Source: Catajapyx aquilonaris (lineage: Eukaryota). From it: DNA of 64,000 nt. Made by a program: the position numbers and the translations under genes. The stretch is taken from positions 1-64,000 of the forward strand of contig KZ538475.1 in NCBI GenBank assembly GCA_000934665.2. The letters run 5' to 3'. Shown here piece after piece: positions 1 to 9,211 of the stretch. Under the pieces are notes generated by a model that did not search any database, was not told the DNA's origin, and was given only the letters and a program-made list of their open reading frames with translations. Position 1 is the first letter of the stretch. Each line of letters opens with the position of its first letter.

Positions 1-128
1 CCCCTCCCCCCCCCTCTTCGCTGCTCCTCCGACACCTCTGAAGAAGTGTTGGGGAAACTGCGAAGGAACAGTCGCCATCTTGGCCAGAGATGTCGGCTGC
101 AAAGTTTTTTTTTCTGACTCTCAACCTA

Positions 129-193
129 GGAGACACGGGATTTGAACCCACATCTCCCGATTGAGAGTCTGATGCGTTACCACATGCGTTACC
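129..193 (-). mobile_element. degenerate tRNA-derived (SINE-head-like) sequence
   Basis: The minus strand reads tggtaacgcatcagactctcaatcgggagatgtgggttcaaatcccgtgtctcc, with a B box (GGTTCAAATCC) and tRNA-like spacing. Confidence 0.5.
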
Positions 194-1287
194 TACAATC
201 CTGTAGTGTTGACGAGTACAAAATGAAGCATTAAAAATTGCAAAAAAAAAGTATCTAAAAATATGAACGTGGATCAGTTAAAAGAAAACATAATAACTTA
301 ATAATACCGACTGCTCGAAACATTTATTATGCACATTTAATGGGAGGTTCCTGGTTACAATTAAGCATTGCGAATGGTTCAACGAGATTGATAGGACCTG
401 ATGCAGTTGTGAACTGGGTTGTCTGAAAATCAGGTATGACGCACATTATCTAGATTCAATTTTTTGCCATTATTAGCTCCATATTAGCCGCTAGACCAAT
501 GCAACACATGACAAATATCTACTGCATATGCGGGTAATTAGCTAGTACTGTAATACAGGCCAATGTTTAACTCGAACGAATACTTGAGTAACGGATTTTA
601 ATGTTTAGATGCAATGACATGCTATAAAATTGAAGCCTTTTTATTCTAAATTTCCTTAATAATATACTGTACTAGCCTCCCTGAAGACCTGGCACCCGAA
701 GACCTGGCACACCGAAATTACTCGTAATTGACCTGGAATCTCAACGAGGAAGAATTTATTGAGGGATAATTAAGGTTCTTTATTAGCAAGCTTGTTTTTG
801 TTTTTTCCGATCCACAGATATGGTGGGCACAACACGCATTATATGAAAAAAGTTAGTCTGTTTAATCGCGCATACGTATAGATGTAGATTCTGCTAGGTA
901 TGACTGTGATGACGGTGCTTCAATATTCCTTCGAGCGTTCCTCTCTGCATTTCTTGCTCCTCCTCCTCCAGGGGGTTTATGTGAACAGGAGCTCTGTCCT
1001 GCATCTGAGGAAGAGAAAAGATAGTTGTGAAACTATTGGTCATCACTCACTTTATAGAGACAGAGACATTAAATAGGACGTTTGAAATCGTAGATTCGGT
1101 TATGCCGAAAAAAGGCACATTTATTAGTATAATATAGCGTGTATTGTACATAGCCTATACAGAGCATCTATGCCCTTCTTTTGGAGATTTGGACATGGTG
1201 TCACCCTACATGAAATTATGTTCAATATTATGTGTTATGAACATGTTCATATTTCTCCTCGTAATGAAGCAATAACTCCTACGAAGT

Positions 1288-1362
1288 GGGGGTGTATCTC
1301 AGTGGTAGAGCGTTTGCTTTGCATGTGAAAGGTCCCGGGTTCGATCCCCGGCACCATTTTTT
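1288..1362 (+). pseudogene. tRNA-Ala(TGC)-like pseudogene or tRNA-derived SINE head
   Basis: GGGGGTGTATCTCAGTGGTAGAGCGTTTGCTTTGCATGTGAAAGGTCCCGGGTTCGATCCCCGGCACCA followed by T6. A and B boxes are recognisable and the anticodon is TGC. The D stem has a mismatch and the 3' acceptor strand is defective (no G3:U70). Confidence 0.8.
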
Positions 1363-1436
1363 AGCCCCTTGGGATTGGAAGCACGACACGAGAAGGAAAA
1401 GCTCCCGAAGTTAAGAGGCATATTTGTTTATTGTCT

Positions 1437-1476
1437 GGGAGCACCAGGGAGTACCAGGGAGTACCAAGGAGTACCA
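1437..1476 (+). repeat. 10-bp tandem repeat (gggagtacca) x4, with further degenerate copies to about 1512
   Basis: Directly visible in the sequence. Confidence 0.8.
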
Positions 1477-1534
1477 CTGCAGGTGTACACCGGAGTACCA
1501 AAGTGAGTACCCCCTTGGCCAGGACAAACAAATA

Positions 1535-2161
1535 TGCAAGGTGGGGAACAGTGGTCATGTTATTTTTTATCAGGAAGTCCCAGACTACGCGTGAGGTGTG
1601 TGCAGGCGGCATTGTCATGGTGCAGCAACCAGTCTATATGTTCTTCCACATCTCCGGCCATTTGAGCCTAAATCGTCTCAAACCATCCCAGTAGGCCCTA
1701 ATACTTGCCGTTGAGTTTTACCAGGAGGGAGAAACTCCATATGCATAATTCCTAAAATGTCAAAGAAAATGATCAGCATTGAGTTGATTTTGCTGAAAAC
1801 TTGACGCACCACCTTCGAAGCTGTTAACCCACTCATATATGTTATTGCTCGTCTTACAACTTGCTCAGCAAAAGCCTTGTTCAGCATTCGGTTGGTTGCA
1901 TCCGAAGTTTTGTTGAGCTGGAAGCAAAATTTACCAATCTTTTGCTCCTAACATAAGCGATTTCGAAAAATCGCAGAAGCACAAGAAGACGGTGTCAAGA
2001 AAACTGCCGAAACTCGGAAACATGTGCACCTATGAAGACGAAATTTTTCAGACCAATAGATGAAAGGTGTACCTATAGCGCCCCCTAGCGTCACAAGTTC
2101 GTACCTCCACTGGATTTCACGGTATATCGACAGTCCGGGAACTTTTTGATCACACCTCGTA
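1535..2161 (-). mobile_element. internally deleted, frameshifted mariner (Tc1/mariner) transposon remnant with one TIR
   Basis: TIR TA-CGAGGTGTGATCAAAAAGTTCCCGGAC at about 2130-2161. Transposase fragments KFCFQLNKT..RMLNKAF, MLIIFFDILGIMHMEFLPPGKT and HDNA/PAHTSRVVWDFLIKNNMTTVPH match mariner motifs. Confidence 0.9.
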
Positions 2162-2254
2162 CACCTTTAAATTATTTCCGTAGTTTCCATCGATGTGTGG
2201 AAGCCGCAAAGAAAGCATACATTCTCTCAAGGGTTCCAAAAAATTTAACACATC

Positions 2255-2330
2255 ACTTGGGTGTCACCCCCTTTGAGGGTGGCACCCAGTGCGGTCCTCA
2301 CCCCCTGCACCTGCCTAGCGACGCCACTGC
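2255..2330. mobile_element. possible solitary end of a non-autonomous DNA transposon (…cctagcgacgccactg)
   Basis: A CAGTGGCGT-type terminus with gggtgtcacc subterminal motifs; no partner TIR found. Confidence 0.35.
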
Positions 2331-4159
2331 AAATCCACCCATTGTTGCAATTATTATGCATCATCCTGCAAGTTCCTAATATTAGCTCTGGCTATGCTTA
2401 GAAATTGACTTTTGCTCACCCGATCTCGTTTGTAGCGTCCTAAGATCATTGTGATGTTGGATGGCCTGAAGAAAGACTCATGACCTCAGGTGTTCCCGAG
2501 TGCCAGTGCCGATTGCTTGACAGCGGTCTCAAGGGCAGGCTCGCCCATGAAGGCAGCAGCACGATGGCGTAGAAGAGTCGGACCATGAACATCCCACAGG
2601 TAATTGCGCACCATCTGCAAAAAAGAACGCAATTAGTAAAATGTAATGTGCCAAACCACAATAACTAAAAGCGAGTACATTCACAGTGTTGTAAATGAGC
2701 GAAACCATCAATGACAATGGAGAAAAAAATTTAAAAACTGTCGTAAATCAAACTCAGGCCTTTAATTATTGAATTATTGAATTACATCAATTGTTGAAAT
2801 TATAAATGTGACATGGAAATGCAATGTTTCCATGACTGTCCAAAAAAATTTTGCATCACTTTCCTAAGACTGCAAGAGACTCCCAAAAGCAGAAAGAATC
2901 TAGGTAAATACCTCATTGTCATTGTCAGCAATCACTGCCCAGGCAAATCTCCGCCAGCTGTTCACACTGCCTTGACTCGGAAGAGCCACTGTTGGCATGG
3001 CTGGATCCCAGGCAAGCATCTCTATCCAGACTGGACATGGGGTGGGGATGGCGCAGTGACCCTTGACCTCTCCAGCCAGCTTCACCACCATTCGTAAAAT
3101 CAATCACTCGTAAAATGGTACGTAACATGATACGAGTTGCGTGAATGACGCTGCCTTATTCCCAGTCCAATCCTCCTCTGGTCCCAACTGTTCAGGTCAA
3201 AGGTAGCCGAGAGACTGAGAGAGATAAGAAGCGGCCCAAGTTGGTTATTATTATCATCCAGAGGGGTGCGAGTATATAGTTGGGAGTCGAATTGTATTGG
3301 CTGGAATTTATGCTTGTGTGCATATCAGATGGGGCCACGTGTTTATACCTGCCCTCTCTGACGTGTGATGTCTGTCAAATGACTCTTTTTCCTGCCTGGA
3401 GTCACCTTCGTCCTTATCCAAAATCCAAGTCGAGGCCAACTGGCCTCAGTGATTCCTTAGCTAATAATAATAATTATTGCATTTATGTACGTCAATATTG
3501 CCCAGACGAACGTAGTCATCGAGAAAAATGTGTGCGGAAAAGGTTGCCATTTGACTGGACGCGCAATCGCGCAAATAGTGTAGCTTATAATATTATTAAA
3601 ATAATGTGTCTCCTCACTTAATTCCATTGACCACATCTCCACACACGATGCCGAATTGGAGATACTGTCGCTTATTATTATTGTAGAACGGTTATCTATA
3701 TAAATAGTAGCCTACTGTATCGATACAAGCATATTGTGAGCTGTCAAATTGGAAGCAGGGAACGAGACAAAGTCGACTTTTTTTGTCGCCCTAGGTGGGT
3801 TTTGAAATAGTATTTCTTGCATTCCTCGACAATAAAAAAATATCTAAATATCCTCGACGACTAGCAAATGTAATATTACAAGGTGAGTCACAAGATTACT
3901 ACCCTTTTTGCTCGTCGGGATTTATTTTATTGCATTAAAATGTTTGACCCTTAACCACCAACGTGGGGGTCTCTTTGGACCCCATAATCGCGATTGATAA
4001 ATTTAGTATGAAATGAAAAATGGCCGGCCTATATTCCTCAGACATACTTTCTTCGATCCATCAAATGAAAAACTTTGGCTTCAGTGGAAATTCTTTTCGC
4101 CGAGTTACCGGTACTTTTATGCTGCTAAGCGTCCCTGCTGATGCGGTCCAGATCTAGTT

Positions 4160-4460
4160 TATTGACCTTCCTGGTAGGACTGTTCAGTAATGCAGGAGGC
4201 TCCTCTCCATCCGCAGTCTAATACACACGATTGGGAAGCTTTGAAAGGACCTCTATAGAGAGAGAGCAGGGCATCCAGCCTTGAAGTGTGCATGTGCTGT
4301 GGTGAAGTACAGTCGGCGCTCCAAAGGAGTGATGGGATATTCGTACACAATCTGATTGTTTGACACAGCATTGTTTTTGGGCTCTGTACCCGTAGCTGAA
4401 ACCTGCAAGCATCACAGCAGGAGCCTTCTTCTTGTCCTTCGCTACAGCAGAGATGCACTG
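4160..4460 (-). mobile_element. degenerate non-LTR retrotransposon (I/Jockey-group) fragment
   Basis: Frameshifted peptides LRVQSPKTML..SHHSFGA..SRLD and GPFKAS..GEEPP resemble the post-RT motifs (WGAD..SKLDYG, GAFRTSP..AGEPPL). Confidence 0.35.
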
Positions 4461-4563
4461 GAGGATCAGGAGTGGGTGTGCTCTCAGGTAGATGTAGAAA
4501 TTAAATACACTTGGATGAGCTAGGAGAGAAAAAAAAGTACCGTAATACAGTAACTAGATAAAT

Positions 4564-5046
4564 CAGGGCCGTACGCAGGGGAAGGGTGTTGGGGGGGGGG
4601 GNCCCCCCCCCGAAATCCTAGAAAGTGTTGCCAGACCTAAGGAAATTTCCCTAGATTTAGGGGAAAAGAGGGAAGAATATGCAAAAGTGGTCGAAATTTA
4701 TGGAAAATTGAACACCGCGTAGAAAAATATATGGTATTGTAAGTATTATGGAAAAAATGTACAAAACTTAAACGAAAACGAAAATTCGCGCGCTCACGCG
4801 CGTGTGAGTGGTTATTATATGCAGGGCTTATTGTAGAGCTTGCTTATAGCCGATGTGCTTTAGGAAGATTCCACTGTACTTTGTCGGTTACATTCACCTA
4901 AGTTTGTGTGACCTTGAACGCACAAATTTCTCCCGCGGAAGGTTTTATTTATTAATTATTTATTTGTCCCGTGATCGAGCTCCGGGGGGGGGGGGGGGGG
5001 NGGGGTAGCAAAACCCCTCTGAACAAAAATCCTGCGTACGGCCCTG
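4564..5046. mobile_element. hAT-type MITE, 483 bp
   Basis: Perfect 16-bp TIRs CAGGGCCGTACGCAGG / CCTGCGTACGGCCCTG, flanked by the 8-bp TSD AGATAAAT at 4556-4563 and 5047-5054. Confidence 0.92.
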
Positions 5047-5054
5047 AGATAAAT

Positions 5055-5420
5055 GCTGCTGTCCACTACTCCACAGACATGGACTATACTTCTGTCGATG
5101 TTGTTGCAATTGGTTCTATGTCAGAGGTATGCCAACATTGTCAGGCAAAGAAGTGGAAGGGTGAAACAAAATCGATCTGTTGCTCCAATGGAAAGGTTAG
5201 CCTTCCTCTCCTGGCTGAGCCTCCACATCTACTTAAAATGCTCTTAGGTACCCATACATCACCTAATTCAAAGCATTTCCTGAAGTATGAAGACCACCTG
5301 AAATTACAATTTGCCCTTCCAGATGACATCTTTTGGGGCCAATGTTGTAAGAGAAGGGGACTTCATGCCTACATTCAAAGTGCAAGGGCAAGTTTACCAT
5401 CGCATGGGATCACTCCCATG
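5055..5420 (+). mobile_element. Helitron Rep/helicase N-terminal fragment, frameshifted
   Basis: CQHCQAKKWKGETKSICCSNGKVSLP...HFLK and FQMTSFGA..FMPTFKVQGQVYHRMGSLP are typical Helitron RepHel motifs. Confidence 0.88.
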
Positions 5421-5899
5421 GAATATGCTCCATGTTACAGGTATGCCAACATTGTATAGCCATAATTATAGCAAAGGTAACTGGGTCAGATGGTTTTAAG
5501 GCAGATTAACTAGCCCAGAAGAGCTCTTAAACCCTCCGTTAGCAAAGATAACTACCAAATCAATTAGTTACTCTTATGGAAAAGTATTTCATAACCCGAG
5601 CAACACGGATATCCTGCTAGTACCACAATAATTGAAGACTGGTAAGAAGAAGGACTCAAGTCTGCATCATAAATAATCCTTTTAGACATATTCTTCATTT
5701 TTAAGTTAAAATATTAACCATCCCTATAACACTGACAACAAATGCGAAGTCAGGCGAAATATTAAATACCAGGTACTTGAATATTTATCGAGCAAATTTT
5801 CAACCCAGCAGGACTTCCTTCCTCATGCTATTGGGTCAACTATTTCTACTGGCTACAACTAGCTTGTCAATCAGCTGTCAAAGATGTAGTCGAGGTGAA

Positions 5900-8800
5900 A
5901 CAAAATAATGTCAACAACATCAATTTATTATAATCAGAGCCGAGTGAGACGTACTGTACAAGAACCCCCCCAAAGAACACACACACAGTCAGTTCGCCTT
6001 GTCTTTTTCCCATCTTCAGCGAAGTCACCCTCTATAATATACAGGAAATGGCAACCTCTGGATATGGGTTGAAAGAGAGTCGTGGACTAAAAATGTTATT
6101 CGCTTCTTTTTCTTCTTTGTTTGCACTGCCTTATTATTGCAAGCACACAGCCAAAAACACTCAAGAATGCTCAAGAAACAATAAGCGAGAAAACATAGAA
6201 CAACCAAAGGAGTTAATGTCACCGTCAGTTTTTTCTTTTTATGTGTGCATGCTGGGGGTGGGGGGGGGGGGGAAGACAAAAAGCAGGTGCACAGGTGTAT
6301 GCTTTCCTCCTCTGAAGTTGATTGTATCCCTGAGTTACGTGCGCCTGGGCGAACAGCTCTTGAAGGAAGAGCATTTTTGAAAAAAGTACAAATTTTAAAA
6401 TTATACTTTTCACTTCTGCTTTGGATAGGTATAATGCCAGTTATTCCACAAAAGTGTACCATTACACATTTCGTCAAATAATATTTTTTCCTCTAATACT
6501 GAGATGCTCTCTTTTTGAATAGGAACTACGCTAAGTGGTGCTTTTATCAGCACCTGTCACAAATATAAAATAACTATGGTAATAATAAATACAAATGTTA
6601 AAACAGCGATAAAAACAAAACGAGAGCCAGTCATATTTAAAGAGACAAAAGGCAGGGCAGCAAGTCGCACCTTTCATCCAATAAAGTACACTAAGAATGT
6701 GATTGACGCCAACTGATATTGCAATAGGATTTAATGTACATTAATGCACGTTTGTGATTAATTTATTTTAGCACAAAAGCAGGGGAAATGATTTAAAGTC
6801 ATTGATATTTTCAAAACGTGCATTTTAAATAATCAACTTACACCAACATTGTCATCATCACCACACTAGAGGTATAGTGACAATCTGAGATGTGTACTAA
6901 TATGCCCTGAACACTTGCCGGCAGTAATAGGAGGAGGAAACATCAGGATTATTACTTTTTTAAAAAAACAAGGGTTAAAAGATGTGGATTACAAACGAAT
7001 TGTCAGGTACAGTCATATTCTGAGGGTCGATGAAACAGGAAAATAAAGGAAAATAAAGAAAGCCTCCCAAAATATAACAACAATGAGCTCTGTCCCTGCT
7101 GCTTTCCTCCTTCTTCCCTGCAAGTCCCAAGATGCCACACACTCTTCCATCGATTATTGTTGTGACCGTCATCTTCTCGTCAAGCATGCTCTTATGTATT
7201 TTTTGTGAGCGAATTGATCACTACATAACTACCTTATCTTACTTCGAGCTGACAACTATGTACACACGACCTATTGTACTGTACATTATTAAATGCGTAT
7301 TGTTCAAATAAATACTATAAGATAATTATGCAACAACACTATATTTGGTTGTATTATTATTATTATTCATATTTTTCAACCCGCCTACAAAAATAGGCAA
7401 CTACAACATTTCCTCCTGCTTATGTTGCAATAATCCAATTATTACTGGCATTGGATTACCAATTATCAATGCACATCAATCTAGACTATTATCTGCATTT
7501 TATGTCACATATTGCACGTACTGTAATGGTTTTCTTGAATTTCTCAAGTGACTTGCCCTAACATTTCAATATTTCTCTACAGCCATTAACATTTTATAAT
7601 GAGTCAAATACGGTATGTGCTACAAAACATGCCAAATAATTTTTGTAAAAAAAATCCCCACACTATTACTGTATATACCATAGGTACAGGCACCAAAAAG
7701 TGATGCACTAGATATACAATGACAGAAAATCCTTAATATAAGCTAATAGTGGATATGATTTGAATTTTGTTGGAAGATGCTGTCTTCAGTTTTGCACAGT
7801 TTGAAGACCAATTTTTAAACAGTGGAAGCAATTCGTCACCACAGCAGATACCAAACTCTATAAACATGAACTCAATGGAAGACAGTTGAGACAATGAGAT
7901 GGCCAAAAGTCGCAACAATATTGACATGATTGTCCATTTGAGATTCCACTTTGGTCGTATCTCTTTGTCAAAGTGTATAAAATTAAATGTCAAAACATTG
8001 TAATAACTCAGAATAAAGTCAAATCCACATTTCTTTGTGGCAGATCTCTCTCTGTGGCACCAAAAGTCGTCAGGCCTAGTAGCAACTAAAAGGCAGTCAC
8101 AATATAAACATAAGCACCCGTCACAACATGTGAATTCAGGCCTAGATGTAGGCTATCAACTTCCAAATTACGAGACAAAAAAAAAATCAGTCAATCCAAT
8201 TATTAACAATGCATAACATTACCTTCCAAACACTTTCTCACATAGCACTCCTTACAATAATAAACCATTAATTAAATTTTCATCGTTGCAGTTATGACAC
8301 CAACAAATTACTACCGGCCATCTCTGTAACCTTCAAAAGATAACATTTTTGAGCACATCTCTGCAGAGCAATGTGTTGTTACTTTCATTTTCTTGAATAA
8401 ATTTCTACGATATTTGCTACTCAGTTACCATTACAAGAATTCTCAGAAGGGTGTGGCCAACGGACTTGCAGGGACAAGCACAAAAGAGTGAATGTTTTTA
8501 TTGTATCCTCCAACAAAACAATTCAACGTGTGTTGATTCACAGTGTCAAAAATTCGACGGCAATAACGTTAACACAGATCTACTGTAACTTGACACCAAC
8601 TGTATATTACAAGGAGAAATATGCAGAGATCAAAAAACCTTAAAAGAATGGACAGCGTAAGTAGCTTTTGTTGCAGTTTATCTGGCAAGGTGTAGGGGTG
8701 ACTTTGGGCCCAATGGCTTGCATTCCCTCAACGACAAGGCAGTGGGCAGAGGTCCTGTGCGCATGATGCGATACCGGGCACCGGTACCGCCTTTATCCCC

Positions 8801-9104
8801 TGGCCACAACCCGAAAGTAACAGAGCCCCATGGACACAGGCACGCAGCTCGGTTGTGATTGTCGTCCACTTTTTCTCTCCTTTAAAAAATCCTCATTCAA
8901 AAAACAAGTGAGATCAAGCCCTCAGAACAGGGGGGGAATTAAGCAACGGCACACGGATTCCCTTCGGCAGCAGAAATATTTTGTCTTGTCTGTTCACACA
9001 CTCTTGCGCTGCTACACTGACATGTGGGGACCAGTAAGCACTTGTTGGCTTCTGCTGCTCGGGAAGACCAGTCGAGGCAGTGGGACAGCAGGGACAGTCG
9101 CTGC
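5900..9104 (-). other. probable long (about 3.2 kb) dri 3' UTR
   Basis: AT-rich, U-rich on the minus strand, and free of recognisable TEs. AATAAA at 5924-5929 (minus) is followed by the GU/U-rich tract tgatgttgttgacattattttgtttc. More proximal AATAAA near 8497 and 6762. Confidence 0.5.
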
Positions 9105-9211
9105 TCAGGACAGCCTCCCTCGGGCCGACTGCGCAAACAGCACCCCTTGGTACATGATCCCATTGATCTCCAAACTGACCACCAGGGAATTGTCGATCCC
9201 ACGACCTTCCC
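9105..9211 (-). CDS. dri/retn (ARID3): dri terminal coding exon GEGRGIDNSLVVSLEINGIMYQGVLFAQSARGRLS*
   Basis: Acceptor ttcttttccag|GG. LVVSLEINGIMYQGVLFAQ is the ARID3 REKLES-type C-terminal motif. TGA stop at 9105-9107. Confidence 0.95.

Larger units (their letters stand above)
894..3091 (-). pseudogene. candidate three-exon gene or pseudogene of unknown product: join(complement) 2912-3091, 2420-2614, 894-1004; in-frame TGA at 2486-2488
   Basis: ATG at 3091; donor GAG|gtattt; acceptor ctaattgcgttcttttttgcag|ATG; donor CGG|gtgagc; acceptor ttttctcttcctcag|ATG; all phase 0. TAG at 894-896; AATAAA at 779-784 and 755-760. Confidence 0.5.

Noticed and set aside
2486..2488. Selenocysteine decoding of the in-frame TGA
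   Set aside because: No SECIS-like AUGA/AA/GA stem seen before the poly(A) signals, and no redox motif at the site.
2925..3128. RNase H-like LINE fragment
   Set aside because: Only a vague W..SH resemblance. The spliced-exon reading explains the region better.
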